Counted from the stretch's first letter, positions 8,625-18,957 are shown. The stretch is DNA of 64,000 nt from Candidatus Poriferihabitaceae bacterium (GCA_965208975.1 CBDBQH010000001.1:580236-644235); one strand, 5' to 3'. Made by a program: numbers and translations. Notes: a model not told the origin generated them from the sequence alone.

Positions 8625-11246
8625 ATGAAGACAACCGAAATCCGCCAAAGGTTTATCCGCTATTTCAAGAATCAGGGTCACCGGGAAGTGCCTAGTAGTT
8701 CACTGGTTCCGGGTAACGACCCTACATTGCTGTTTACCAACTCCGGGATGGTTCAGTTCAAGGATTTGTTTCTTGGCGAGGAAACCAGAAATTACCAACG
8801 GGCGGTCACTTCCCAGCGTTGCGTCCGGGCCGGCGGCAAGCATAATGATCTTGAGAATGTCGGTTATACAGCGAGACATCATACTTTCTTTGAGATGCTC
8901 GGAAATTTCAGCTTTGGCGACTATTTCAAGGAAGACGCGATCCGCTACGCCTGGGAGTTATTGACTGTTGAATTCGGTCTGCCTCCTGAGCGACTCTGGG
9001 TGACGATATTTGAGGACGATGATGAATCGGAATCAATCTGGATCAACCATATCGGCGTACCGAAGGAGCGCGTTACCCGAATCGGGGCAAAGGACAACTT
9101 CTGGCAAATGGGAGATACTGGCCCATGCGGCCCCTGTTCGGAGATTTTCTACGACCATGGGCCGGAAGTAGACGGCGGCCCGCCAGGCTCCCCTTTAGCT
9201 GATGGCGATCGCTACGTTGAAATCTGGAATCTGGTATTCATGCAATTCAACCGCAGCGCCGATGGACAGATGACGCCACTGCCGAAGCCGTCGGTGGATA
9301 CCGGAATGGGGCTGGAGCGAATGGCGACCGTTCTGCAAGGGGTGCACAGCAATTATGAAACGGACCTGTTCAAAAACCTGATCCATGCCACTGCCCGTAT
9401 TCTGGATGTCAAGGAGCGGGATAATCAATCATTGCGTGTGATCGCCGACCATATTCGCTCCACCGCGTTTTTGATTGTTGATGGCGTGACTCCCTCCAAT
9501 GAAGGCCGGGGTTATGTCCTGCGCCGGATTATTCGACGAGCTATCCGGCACGGCTACCAGTTGGGGCACAGGTCCGCATTCATGCACTTGCTGGTTGAGC
9601 CGCTGATTCTGGAAATGGGGGATGTCTTTCCAGAGCTTGTCGAGGCCCGTGAGCGGGTCGCGCGGGCGTTGCTAAAGGAGAATGAGAAATTCAATGAAAC
9701 CCTGGAGCAGGGCTTGAAAATTCTCGATCAGGAGATTGCCGGCCTTGGTGGCTCTGTAATTGCCGGGGAAAGTGTTTTCAAACTTTACGATACCTATGGT
9801 TTTCCGGCGGATTTGACAGCCGATATTGCCAGAGAACGCGGCCTGACCATCGACGGCGAAGGGTTTGATGTCGAAATGGAAGCCCAGCGCAACCGCGCCC
9901 GTTCTGCAAACCGATTTGTGGACAGCGCCCGGGTGCGGATTGAGGGGATGGAAAAGACACCCTTTACAGGGTATCAGAATCTCGAACAGCCAATACGGAT
10001 ACTGGCCGTTGTGGAGGGTGAACAGCCGGTCGAACAATTGCGGCAGGGGCAGGCGGGTGTGGTGGTTCTTTCCAGATCTCCGTTTTATGCCGAGAGTGGA
10101 GGGCAAACCGGAGATAAAGGGCAAATTCTCCTGGCTCAGGGAGCGTTTGCCGTTGCCGATACTCAATATCTGGCCAACCAGGTGATTGGACTCTTCGGTA
10201 CGGTTGTGTCCGGCAGAGTTAAAGTGGGGGACCAGGGTATTGCGCGGGTTGAAGCGGATTCCCGTTATAACAGCGCAAACAATCACTCTGCGACCCACTT
10301 GCTGCATGCGGCCTTGAAAACCGTACTGGGAAAGCATATTGAACAGAAAGGTTCGCTGGTTGAACCTGCCCGATTACGATTCGATTTCTCCCATTTCGAG
10401 CCACTCACCGATGAGCAATCAAGGGAGGTGGAGTCTCTGGTGAATCTGAAAATCCGGGCCAATTATCCGGTGCGGGTTGATGTCATGAATCTGGAAGAAG
10501 CCAAATCCGGGGGGGCGGTCGCATTATTTGGCGAAAAGTATGAAGACCCTGTGCGGGTGATTCGGATGGGGGATTTCTCCTGCGAGTTGTGCGGTGGCGC
10601 TCATGTATCGCGTACCGGCGATATCGGTTTGTTCAGGATTCTCTCTGAAACCGGCATTGCGGCCGGAGTCAGGCGAATCGAAGCGGTAACCGCAGGCGCC
10701 GCTGAGCAATACATCAGTAACCGGCTGTCACTTCTGGAGCAATTGGTATCTTCGCTGAAAACATCACCGGAGCAGGCGCTCGAACGAGTCAGCGGGATGC
10801 TGGAAATCCAGAAGCGCCAGCAAAGACAGATACAATCCTTGCGGACAAGATTGGCCACTGGCTCTGGCAATCAGGAAAATCTCAAGGAAATCAATGGTGT
10901 CAAGGTCATTGCTATCCGCCAGGACGGTGCCGATGTGCAATCCATGCGTATGGTTGTGGACCAATGGCGCAACCGGCTTCAGAGCGGAGTCGTGCTGGTC
11001 GCAGCGGCAAGCGATGACAAAGTGGTGTTCATCGCCGGGGTGAGCCAGGATTTGACCGGGCAGCTCCAGGCCAACCAGTTGATTCAGTCTATTTCCCCGA
11101 TTGTGGATGGCCGGGGGGGCGGACGTCCTGATCTGGCCCAGGGGGGCGGGGCGAACATTACAAATATCGAACCGGCGATTGAGGCCGCTTTCAAATGGGT
11201 GGAGTCCAATACGACTGACCCGAACCAGAACAACTCATATCAGTAA
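8625..11246 (+). CDS. alaS: Alanine--tRNA ligase
   Basis: 873 aa. MKTTEIRQRFIRYFKNQGHREVPSSSLVP, FTNSGMVQFKD, CVRAGGKHNDLENVG, and the C-terminal editing motif HSATHLLHAAL. Confidence 0.97.
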   Translation: MKTTEIRQRFIRYFKNQGHREVPSSSLVPGNDPTLLFTNSGMVQFKDLFLGEETRNYQRAVTSQRCVRAGGKHNDLENVGYTARHHTFFEMLGNFSFGDYFKEDAIRYAWELLTVEFGLPPERLWVTIFEDDDESESIWINHIGVPKERVTRIGAKDNFWQMGDTGPCGPCSEIFYDHGPEVDGGPPGSPLADGDRYVEIWNLVFMQFNRSADGQMTPLPKPSVDTGMGLERMATVLQGVHSNYETDLFKNLIHATARILDVKERDNQSLRVIADHIRSTAFLIVDGVTPSNEGRGYVLRRIIRRAIRHGYQLGHRSAFMHLLVEPLILEMGDVFPELVEARERVARALLKENEKFNETLEQGLKILDQEIAGLGGSVIAGESVFKLYDTYGFPADLTADIARERGLTIDGEGFDVEMEAQRNRARSANRFVDSARVRIEGMEKTPFTGYQNLEQPIRILAVVEGEQPVEQLRQGQAGVVVLSRSPFYAESGGQTGDKGQILLAQGAFAVADTQYLANQVIGLFGTVVSGRVKVGDQGIARVEADSRYNSANNHSATHLLHAALKTVLGKHIEQKGSLVEPARLRFDFSHFEPLTDEQSREVESLVNLKIRANYPVRVDVMNLEEAKSGGAVALFGEKYEDPVRVIRMGDFSCELCGGAHVSRTGDIGLFRILSETGIAAGVRRIEAVTAGAAEQYISNRLSLLEQLVSSLKTSPEQALERVSGMLEIQKRQQRQIQSLRTRLATGSGNQENLKEINGVKVIAIRQDGADVQSMRMVVDQWRNRLQSGVVLVAAASDDKVVFIAGVSQDLTGQLQANQLIQSISPIVDGRGGGRPDLAQGGGANITNIEPAIEAAFKWVESNTTDPNQNNSYQ

Positions 11247-11247
11247 A

Positions 11248-12471
11248 TTGGCGCTCATCGTTGAAAAATACGGCGGCACGTCGGTCGGGTCTGTGGAACG
11301 GATCCAGGCGGTAGCCGAAAGCATCCTGAAAAGCGTGGAAAACGGCGATCAGCTGGTCGTGGTGGTATCCGCGATGAGTGGGGAGACCAATCGTCTGATT
11401 ATGTTAGCCAACCAGATTTCCGCTAACCCGTCTTCCCGGGAAATGGATACCCTGGTGACTACCGGAGAACAGGTGACCATCGCATTATTGTCGATGTCGT
11501 TGCAGGAACTCGGGGCGCCGGCCTGTTCCTATACCGGATTCCAGATCCCGATTCTGACCGACGGTTTTCACGGCAAGGCAAGAATAGAAAATATTGACAC
11601 GAGAAAAGTACTCCGCGACCTGGAGCAGGGGCGGGTTGTCGTCGTGGCCGGCTTCCAGGGGATCAGTGATACCAACCATATCACCACCCTGGGCAGGGGC
11701 GGTTCCGATACCACGGCCGTTGCCATGGCGGCGGCATTGCAAGCCGATGAATGCAGGATATTCACCGACGTGGACGGCGTTTACACCGCCGACCCGCGGG
11801 TGGTGGAAGACGCGCACAGGCTGGAGCGGATTACCTTTGAGGAAATGCTGGAATTGTCAGGCTCGGGGGCAAAAGTCATGCAGATTCGCTCAGTCGAATT
11901 TGCCAGCAAATACAATGTGCCGTTGCGCGTACTTTCTTCCTTCGAGCCCGGGCCGGGAACATTGATTAGTTGTGAGGACAATAAGATGGAAAAACCTTTG
12001 ATTTCGGGCATTACTTCGGTTGACAATGAAGCCAAGATCACCATTCGCGGTGTGCCGGACAAGCCGGGGATTGCCTACAATCTGTTGGGTCCCATATCCG
12101 ATGCCCGGATCATCGTGGATATGATCGTCCAGAATATCGGACTGGACGGCTTGACAGATTTTACGTTTACCATTAACCGGGATGATCTGCAAAGAAGTAT
12201 TGATCTGTTAGACCCGATTGTGAAATCACTGGGCGCGGAGACTCTGGCCGGCGACACCAATCTTGCGAAAATTTCAGTGGTGGGGGTGGGTATGCGCTCC
12301 CATGCAGGCATTGCAACCCGGATGTTTCAGGCTTTGTCGGAGAAAGGAATCAATATTCAGATGATTTCCACATCAGAAATCAAGATTTCTGTTACTATTG
12401 ACCGAGAGTATGCTGAATTAGCGGTTCGAGCATTGCATAATGTGTTTGAACTTGATCAAATCTACAAATAA
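11248..12471 (+). CDS. lysC: Aspartate kinase
   Basis: The TTG start at 11248 gives (M)[14 protein letters not shown], the canonical aspartokinase N-terminus, followed by C-terminal ACT domains. The ORF-track start 11101 overlaps alaS and is rejected. Confidence 0.9.
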   Translation: MALIVEKYGGTSVGSVERIQAVAESILKSVENGDQLVVVVSAMSGETNRLIMLANQISANPSSREMDTLVTTGEQVTIALLSMSLQELGAPACSYTGFQIPILTDGFHGKARIENIDTRKVLRDLEQGRVVVVAGFQGISDTNHITTLGRGGSDTTAVAMAAALQADECRIFTDVDGVYTADPRVVEDAHRLERITFEEMLELSGSGAKVMQIRSVEFASKYNVPLRVLSSFEPGPGTLISCEDNKMEKPLISGITSVDNEAKITIRGVPDKPGIAYNLLGPISDARIIVDMIVQNIGLDGLTDFTFTINRDDLQRSIDLLDPIVKSLGAETLAGDTNLAKISVVGVGMRSHAGIATRMFQALSEKGINIQMISTSEIKISVTIDREYAELAVRALHNVFELDQIYK

Positions 12472-12597
12472 GATGTTGTAGAATATAGCTTGAGTACAGA
12501 TTTTGTGTGGGAACTGGTATCAGGGTGTCAAAGGCAGACCAGGGTTTGACGAATATGAATATCAGTTGAACTGTAATTTAACCGGGAGCATGACAAA

Positions 12598-12855
12598 ATG
12601 TTGATCCTTACCCGCCGAATTGGCGAATCCGTGTATATTGGTGATGATGTTCGTTTAACCGTTCTGGGTGTGCGTGGAACACAAGTCCGGATTGGAATTA
12701 ATGCGCCAAAAGAAGTTCCTGTCCATCGGGAAGAAATTTATTACCGTATCAAACATGAGCAAGACGAAGACGGTATTGAGGACATGGATGATGACGGCCA
12801 TTACCATCATCAGGAGTACGATGATGATGGTGACGGTGACCCGCACAACGTCTGA
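12598..12855 (+). CDS. csrA: Carbon storage regulator CsrA with an acidic/His-rich C-terminal extension
   Basis: [48 protein letters not shown] is the canonical CsrA fold sequence. An extra tail follows: [32 protein letters not shown]. Confidence 0.9.
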   Translation: MLILTRRIGESVYIGDDVRLTVLGVRGTQVRIGINAPKEVPVHREEIYYRIKHEQDEDGIEDMDDDGHYHHQEYDDDGDGDPHNV

Positions 12856-12927
12856 CCGATTTCAAGCGGCAACCTGACTGCGTGGCCGAACAAAAGGCCA
12901 TGCGGAATGGTTGTGTCCGTGCATGAC

Positions 12928-13018
12928 GGAGAGATGGCCGAGCGGCTGAAGGCGCTCCCCTGCTAAGGGAGTATACGTTAATAGCGTATCGAGGGTTCGA
13001 ATCCCTCTCTCTCCGCCA
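12928..13018 (+). tRNA. tRNA-Ser (anticodon GCU), CCA encoded
   Basis: GGAGAGATGGCCGAGCGG...CTCCC-CTGCTAA-GGGAG..., a long variable arm, T-arm GGTTCGAATCC, acceptor 3' end CTCTCTCCGCCA. Cloverleaf folded by eye. Confidence 0.9.
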
Positions 13019-13070
13019 AACCCTGCAAATCAATATGGGCAAATGTCTGTGCGCCGGACTTCAACTTTTT

Positions 13071-13817
13071 ATGAATGCTGACTACCTGACTGCAAAAAAG
13101 GAGCGCCTGGACGGATTTCGCCCATTACCGGATGCTCTTGTCCGTAATCTGGATGACTGGTTTCGGGTGGAATTGACCTATACCAGCAATGCGATTGAAG
13201 GCAATACCCTCACCCGGAGTGAAACAGCGCTGGTGGTTGAGAAGGGCTTGACAGTCGGTGGCAAGTCATTGGTCGAACATCTGGAAGCGACCAACCACGC
13301 CCGTGCGCTGGATTGGGTCAAGGAACAGGTCAAGAGCAGACCGGCCAGCCTGACAGAGGAGAAGATTCTGCATATTCATGACATGATTTTAAGCGGTATT
13401 GATTATGCAAATGCCGGGCGTTACCGCTCAATACCGGTTCGGATTTCCGGCTCGACAGTGGTGTTGCCCAATCCACGCAAGGTTCCTGAACTGATGGCTG
13501 AATTTGTCGAATGGCTTGAGCAGGAACACCGCTTCCACCCGGTAGAACTGGCGGCGGAGGCGCATTACCGGCTGGTTACCATTCATCCCTTTATTGATGG
13601 CAATGGTCGTACAGCCCGTTTGCTGATGAATCTGATCCTCCTGATGAGCGGATATCCGGCTGCGATTATCCGCAAGCGGGACCGTCTGGCTTATATAGAA
13701 TCGCTGGAAAAAGCCCAGACCAGCGGTTTAAGAGATGACTATTTCAGGATTATCGAAGAAGCCGTGGAGCGTTCGCTGGACATCTATCTCAAAGCGGTTG
13801 CGGGCGATCAGGGATAA
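13071..13817 (+). CDS. Fic/DOC family protein (putative AMPylase) with an N-terminal inhibitory-helix motif
   Basis: Fic active-site motif HPFIDGNGRTARLL. The upstream TSNAIEGN fits the (S/T)xxxE(G/N) auto-inhibition motif. The start is chosen at ATG 13071, because ORF-track start 13035 is only 17 nt after the tRNA. Confidence 0.85.
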   Translation: MNADYLTAKKERLDGFRPLPDALVRNLDDWFRVELTYTSNAIEGNTLTRSETALVVEKGLTVGGKSLVEHLEATNHARALDWVKEQVKSRPASLTEEKILHIHDMILSGIDYANAGRYRSIPVRISGSTVVLPNPRKVPELMAEFVEWLEQEHRFHPVELAAEAHYRLVTIHPFIDGNGRTARLLMNLILLMSGYPAAIIRKRDRLAYIESLEKAQTSGLRDDYFRIIEEAVERSLDIYLKAVAGDQG

Positions 13818-13845
13818 ATGATAAGAGGACTGAAACACATATTTT

Positions 13846-15015
13846 TCACAACCCGTCCAAAGCCTGTTTCAGGTCGATGATCAGATCATCAACCGATTCA
13901 AGGCCGGCGGAGAGCCGCACCAGGCCATCGGTGATCCCGGCCGCCATGCGTTCTTCTCTTGGCATGTCGGCGTGAGTCATGGTTACCGAGTGGGTGACCA
14001 GCGATTCGACTGAGCCGAGATTCTCGGCCAGACTCCACAGTTGCAATGTGTCCATCAGCTTTTTGCCGGCCGCCACCCCGCCTTTCACCTCGAACCAGAG
14101 CATGGAGCCGTGGCCGCTCGCCTGTCTGTCCGCCAACTCTTTTTGCGGGAAGGAATCCAGGCCAGGGTAGGCGACGCGCTCGACCATCGGATGGGTTTCA
14201 AGGAATGTGGCAATTGCAAGCGCGTTGGCGGATTGCGCTTCGAGCCGTGTACTCATGGTTTTACAGCCTTGCAGGGTATAGAACGCAACCATCGGGGACA
14301 TGTTCGATCCGAGACAGTTGCGGACGAACTTGATGTCCTCCAGATGCGCTTCGCTTTGTGCGGTAATGGAGCCGCCGACACTGATATTGTGTCCTTCCAT
14401 GAATTTGGTTGTGCTATGGAGCGTAATATCGGCGCCGAGTTCCAGCGGACGCTGATAGTAGGGAGTCAGGAATGTGTTATCGACCACGTGGGGGATTCCA
14501 TTCGCCTTGGCAATCTCGGAAATGGCGGCGATGTCAGTCAGCTTCAGGGTCGGGTTGGCCGGAGTTTCGGTAAAAATCAACCGGGTATTGCCACGGATTG
14601 CTTCCTTGACATTGCCGGGTTGTGAGGTATCGACGAAGCTGGCTTGCAGGTTGAATCGGTTGAGCACTTTGGTTGTTACCCGGTGAGTGCCACCATAAAC
14701 CACATCGGATAATATGACATGATCCCCGGCATTCAGGAGTCCCATCAAGGTACAGCTGGTCGCCGCCATGCCGGTGGCGAAACAGGCGCTGCCAAAACCG
14801 CCTTCCAGGGCGGTTATGCGGTTTTCCAGGGCGGCCACTGTCGGATTACCGGATCGACTGTACGAGTAACCCTTTGCCATATACGTGTCGACCGATTCCT
14901 GCACATAGGTGGTTGACTGGTAGATCGGTGTCAGGATGGCTCCGGTCACCGGGTCCGGACTTACACCGGCGCGCACTTCTCTGGTTTTGAAATCGGGTTG
15001 TCTGTCGTCGCTCAT
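13846..15015 (-). CDS. Cys/Met-metabolism PLP-dependent enzyme (cystathionine gamma-synthase/beta-lyase/methionine gamma-lyase family)
   Basis: YSRSGNPT, DNTFLTPY, and the PLP-lysine motif HSTTKFMEGH. The start is set at ATG 15015 (MSDDRQPDF), preceded by an AAGGAAA RBS. Confidence 0.85.
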   Translation of the reverse strand: MSDDRQPDFKTREVRAGVSPDPVTGAILTPIYQSTTYVQESVDTYMAKGYSYSRSGNPTVAALENRITALEGGFGSACFATGMAATSCTLMGLLNAGDHVILSDVVYGGTHRVTTKVLNRFNLQASFVDTSQPGNVKEAIRGNTRLIFTETPANPTLKLTDIAAISEIAKANGIPHVVDNTFLTPYYQRPLELGADITLHSTTKFMEGHNISVGGSITAQSEAHLEDIKFVRNCLGSNMSPMVAFYTLQGCKTMSTRLEAQSANALAIATFLETHPMVERVAYPGLDSFPQKELADRQASGHGSMLWFEVKGGVAAGKKLMDTLQLWSLAENLGSVESLVTHSVTMTHADMPREERMAAGITDGLVRLSAGLESVDDLIIDLKQALDGL

Positions 15016-15158
15016 GATGTTTCCTTTAATGAAGGGGTGATCGCGTTGGTAAAGCGGCGATTCTATCACTTGATTCCCGAACTGTGCATCTTGCTCAGGG
15101 GATATTTAACCGGAGATATGTTGCGGATGAGGGGATTTATCCAGAGACAGCGGAGAGA

Positions 15159-16733
15159 TTAATCCCGGCTTTGGCGGTAGAAATAATCTTTGAGGAAGGC
15201 GTCGAAAGACAGCGTATCACTCTGCTCTATTTTCTGGCGAGTGATATGCGATTGCTGTGCCAGCGCAACATATTTCTGATTGGTCTCATCAGACAGTGGT
15301 TCCTTCTTGAACTTGCTTTCGGATATTTCAGACGCCTGCATCGAAAATTCATAAAAGCTTAAACCCTGATCGAATATCCGGTTGATAATTCTCGCCGAAG
15401 GGGTGGCATTAGAGTCAGCCACCTTGGCAAATTGTTTTTCGATAGTGGTAGAGTAATCATTGTGTCCGTTTACCTGATCCAGCAAGCGGGCAATCGGGGA
15501 AATTTTGTTCAGCAAGGTATTCATTTGTTCCCGGGCGTTTACACTGTGATCGGGCCGTTTGATGGTGGATTGTCTGTCGCGGCCATACATGACCATGGTT
15601 TGCTGGTTTTCCCGGACTCTGGAAAACTCTTCCGGGGTCATCGGTGGACTGTCTTCAAACAGGCAATACAACAGGAACAGGTCAAAAAACCGGACACAAT
15701 CCGCATGAATTCCGATCGGTTCAAACGGATTCAGGTCAATACTGCGGACTTCAACATATTGCACTCCCCGGTTTTTCAATATTGCGGATGGGCTTTGCCC
15801 GGAAGGAGTGACCCGCTTGGGGCGAATGGAAGAATAGAATTCATTCTCGATCTGCAAAAGATTCGCGTTCAACTGCTGGTAACCCTCTACGGTCTTCACA
15901 CCGATCTTCTGGTATCCGGGATGAGGGGTCAGGATGGCATGGCGTAACGATTTCACAAAATCGTGGACGCTGTTATAACTGATTTGAATGTCGGCCTGGG
16001 CTTCGTTGCTGTATCCGAGTCCACTCAATCGCAATGAGGTTGCGGCGGGCGCGTAAAAACTGTGTCCGTCCATCTCCTTGAGCGGGTGCTCCCGACCTCT
16101 TAAAAAGGATCTGCATACGGCGGGAGAAGCGCCGAACAGATAGGTCGCAATCCAGGAGTTCCTGTGAAAATTCCGAATCAGGTCAAAATATTTTGCCGAC
16201 GTGGCATCCTGCAACTGCTGTCCATCATCCAGCTCGAGATAATCCTGCCAGAACCGATCAGGCATGGAGAAATTGAAGTGGATTCCGGAAACGGTCTGCA
16301 TCAACGAGCCGTACCGATGGCTCAACCCCTGTCGGTAGACTTCCTTCATTTTCGCGATATTGGAACGGCCGTATCGGGCAATCGGAATTTTTTCCTCACT
16401 CTGTACGATGCAGGGCATACTGTTGACCCACAGCTTTTCGTCACCGATATGCTGATAAGTGAAATGGTGAATGTCGTAGAGTTCTTGCAGGAGGGCGCCA
16501 ATGTTGTCGTGGACACCGGTGACAAATTCCAGCAGGGATTCAGAATAATCTGTCGTAATGGAGGGATGAGTCAGGCTGGAGCCAATGGCTTCGGGGTGAG
16601 GGGTTTGCGCCAGTGTCCCGTCCACAGCCACACGCAGGCTCTCCTTCTCCAGCCCTCTTTGCAGATGTTTCAAATGTTGGTCAATGGAGCGGGATACCAG
16701 AAAATCCAGCGTCTTTTCTATTGTTGTGGTCAC
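15159..16733 (-). CDS. gshA: Glutamate--cysteine ligase (type 1)
   Basis: 524 aa. LRGLEKESLRV, TTDYSESLLEFVT, GIHFNFS and YVEVRSIDLNPF are typical of proteobacterial GshA. Confidence 0.92.
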   Translation of the reverse strand: MTTTIEKTLDFLVSRSIDQHLKHLQRGLEKESLRVAVDGTLAQTPHPEAIGSSLTHPSITTDYSESLLEFVTGVHDNIGALLQELYDIHHFTYQHIGDEKLWVNSMPCIVQSEEKIPIARYGRSNIAKMKEVYRQGLSHRYGSLMQTVSGIHFNFSMPDRFWQDYLELDDGQQLQDATSAKYFDLIRNFHRNSWIATYLFGASPAVCRSFLRGREHPLKEMDGHSFYAPAATSLRLSGLGYSNEAQADIQISYNSVHDFVKSLRHAILTPHPGYQKIGVKTVEGYQQLNANLLQIENEFYSSIRPKRVTPSGQSPSAILKNRGVQYVEVRSIDLNPFEPIGIHADCVRFFDLFLLYCLFEDSPPMTPEEFSRVRENQQTMVMYGRDRQSTIKRPDHSVNAREQMNTLLNKISPIARLLDQVNGHNDYSTTIEKQFAKVADSNATPSARIINRIFDQGLSFYEFSMQASEISESKFKKEPLSDETNQKYVALAQQSHITRQKIEQSDTLSFDAFLKDYFYRQSRD

Positions 16734-16835
16734 TTGGGCATTGATCCTGATGGTTAATGGTAATATGTTGAGACTACAATGTTGAGACTACACAGTGTTT
16801 GAATCAGATGACAGCATGGTAAAATCGGCAGTACC

Positions 16836-17891
16836 ATGATTTCATCCCCTTTACGCAAATCTTTCGCGGTGGCGCCGATGCTTGACATAACGGATCGGCG
16901 CTGTCGCTCATTCTTGCGGCTGTTTTCACGGAATTTCAGATTGTATACAGAAATGAAAGTGGCTGGTTCGATTATTTATGGCGACCGCGAGCAAATTCTC
17001 GGATTTGACAGCGCAGAGCGCCCTCTGGCGCTACAGGTTGGGGGGTGCGAACCGGATGAACTCGCTTTTTGTTCCGGGCTGGCCGAGCAGTGGGGTTATG
17101 ATGAGGTCAATCTCAATGTGGGGTGCCCGAGTGATCGGGTGCAAAATGCACAATTCGGAGCCTGTTTGATGGCAAAGCCTGAACGGGTCGCAAAATGTGT
17201 CGAAGCCATGGTGAACGCCGTATCGATCCCGATCTCGGTGAAAACCCGGATCGGAATTGATCACATGGATGGTTATCGAAATCTGTCGGATTTTATCGGT
17301 CAGGTAGCCGCTGGCGGGTGCGAAACCTTTATTATTCATGCTCGCAAAGCCTGGCTGAAAGGATTGAGCCCGAAAGAAAACCGGACTGTCCCGCCGCTGG
17401 ATTATGATGTAGTGTACAGGCTCAAGAGAGAATACCCGGAACTGAATATCATCATCAACGGTGGCATCTGCAACGTGGAGCAGATTGCCACCCATTTGCG
17501 CTACACGGATGGTGTCATGATGGGCCGGGAGGCTTACCGGAACCCCTGGATATTGAGAGAGATTGATCGGTATTTCTTGCGCGATCAAGGCGCCCCTGTC
17601 TCACAACAGGACGAATGCCTGCTGCGCGGCGACCTGATTCGCGCATTCTTTCCCTACATTGAAAACCAGCTGGCCAAAGGCGCGCGGTTGTCACAGATTA
17701 CCCGGCATATACTGGGGCTTTATCATGGTCAACCCGGCGCCGGGGTCTGGCGGCGAACCCTGTCCACATACGGCCCCAGGGGAAATGCCGGTCTTGAAGT
17801 GATTGAGCAGGCGTTGAAACGGGTGGAGGATGCAGTACAAATCAAGCCGGTGTTTGACCAGCGCCACGCGGAGTGGGTGGCTTATGCCTGA
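16836..17891 (+). CDS. dusA: tRNA-dihydrouridine(20/20a) synthase DusA
   Basis: FAVAPMLDITDRRCRSFLRL, NLNVGCPSDRVQ, IHARKAWLKGLSPKENR. Confidence 0.9.
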   Translation: MISSPLRKSFAVAPMLDITDRRCRSFLRLFSRNFRLYTEMKVAGSIIYGDREQILGFDSAERPLALQVGGCEPDELAFCSGLAEQWGYDEVNLNVGCPSDRVQNAQFGACLMAKPERVAKCVEAMVNAVSIPISVKTRIGIDHMDGYRNLSDFIGQVAAGGCETFIIHARKAWLKGLSPKENRTVPPLDYDVVYRLKREYPELNIIINGGICNVEQIATHLRYTDGVMMGREAYRNPWILREIDRYFLRDQGAPVSQQDECLLRGDLIRAFFPYIENQLAKGARLSQITRHILGLYHGQPGAGVWRRTLSTYGPRGNAGLEVIEQALKRVEDAVQIKPVFDQRHAEWVAYA

Positions 17892-18684
17892 TTATCCGGA
17901 TTTCGAGACTCTGTTGCGATTGGTTCCTTTTGTCGTGATTCTGGCTCTGCTGGTTGTCTGGGAGTTGATCTTCCCCAGAAGGGCAGGGGGAGGCAGGCGT
18001 CTGCTGAGATGGCCGTCAAATTTCGGGGTTTTCCTGATCGATGTGGTTATGCTGGTTGCGTTGCCGGTCTCCGCGGTGTCCGCCGCCCTGATTTCGATAG
18101 AGTATAAAGTCGGTCTGTTTTTCTGGATTGAGGCGGCGTTCTGGCCGAAAGTCATTTTCTGCCTGATTGCGCTGGATCTACTGGTTTACTGGCAACATCG
18201 ACTGTTTCACCGATTTCACATATTGTGGCGGGTCCATCGTATGCACCATACCGATACCGCCTTTGATGTCACTACCGCTCTGCGCTTTCACCCAATAGAG
18301 ATATTCCTGTCCGTATTCCTGAAAGCGGGCGTGATCATTGCGCTCGGCGCCCCCGTACTGGCCGTCATTCTCTTTGAAATCATATTAAACGGCGCCGCCA
18401 TGTTCAATCACAGCAACATCCGTATACCGTACTGGCTGGATCAGCTTATCCGTTGGCTGATCGTCACTCCCGATATGCACCGGGTACACCACTCCATTCA
18501 TAAAAAGGAATATAATCATAATTTCGGCTTTTGCCTGTCTGTCTGGGATCGGCTTTTCCGTAGCTATACTCCCCAGCCTGAAGACGGGCACCGGAACATG
18601 GTCATCGGACTGGAGGAGTTTAACGCCCCTGAAGAGGCGAGGCTTGATCAATTGCTCACCCAGCCATTCAGGAACCACGAATAA
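17884..18684 (+). CDS. Sterol desaturase / fatty-acid hydroxylase family membrane protein
   Basis: Three His boxes (HRLFH, HRMHH, HRVHH) in a polytopic hydrophobic protein. The start is set at ATG 17884 (MPDYPDF), overlapping the dusA stop by 8 nt. Confidence 0.8.
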   Translation: MPDYPDFETLLRLVPFVVILALLVVWELIFPRRAGGGRRLLRWPSNFGVFLIDVVMLVALPVSAVSAALISIEYKVGLFFWIEAAFWPKVIFCLIALDLLVYWQHRLFHRFHILWRVHRMHHTDTAFDVTTALRFHPIEIFLSVFLKAGVIIALGAPVLAVILFEIILNGAAMFNHSNIRIPYWLDQLIRWLIVTPDMHRVHHSIHKKEYNHNFGFCLSVWDRLFRSYTPQPEDGHRNMVIGLEEFNAPEEARLDQLLTQPFRNHE

Positions 18685-18693
18685 CGTCAGGAA

Positions 18694-18957
18694 ATGCCAA
18701 TTCATCCGGAATTGCTGCAAGCGCTGGTCTGCCCGGTTAGCAGATTGCCTGTTGCCATGCTGGATTCGACCAGGCTGGAAAAGCTGAATGGCTTGATCAA
18801 CGATGGTTCAGTCGAAACCCTGGCCGGTCATGCCGTTACCCAACCGCTGACAGAAGCGCTGATCACCAGGAACAATAAAACCATCTACCGCATTGAGCGG
18901 GGCATCCCTGTCATGCTGGAAGATCAGGCCATTGCCGCCGACCAGATTGCGGGGTAG
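18694..18957 (+). CDS. Trm112/YcaR (UPF0434) family small protein
   Basis: 87 aa. LLQALVCPVS ... YRIERGIPVMLEDQA matches the Trm112-like pattern. Confidence 0.7.
   Translation: MPIHPELLQALVCPVSRLPVAMLDSTRLEKLNGLINDGSVETLAGHAVTQPLTEALITRNNKTIYRIERGIPVMLEDQAIAADQIAG

Noticed and set aside
11101-11247. N-terminal extensions offered by the ORF track: lysC from 11101, recA from 6989, guaD to 42867, xdhC from 40342, the sterol-desaturase-like gene from 17830, and the PLP enzyme to 15069.
   Set aside because: Each extension overlaps the preceding gene or lacks homology. Each canonical protein N-terminus begins at an internal start codon, several with a visible RBS or start/stop coupling.
12928-13018. 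The two tRNA-Ser genes (12928-13018 and 50805-50895) share identical acceptor ends, variable arm and T-arm, which could mark att-site duplications bounding an island.
   Set aside because: They are complete isoacceptor genes with different anticodons (GCU and GGA), 38 kb apart, with core genes between them. Similarity among tRNA-Ser isoacceptors is normal.
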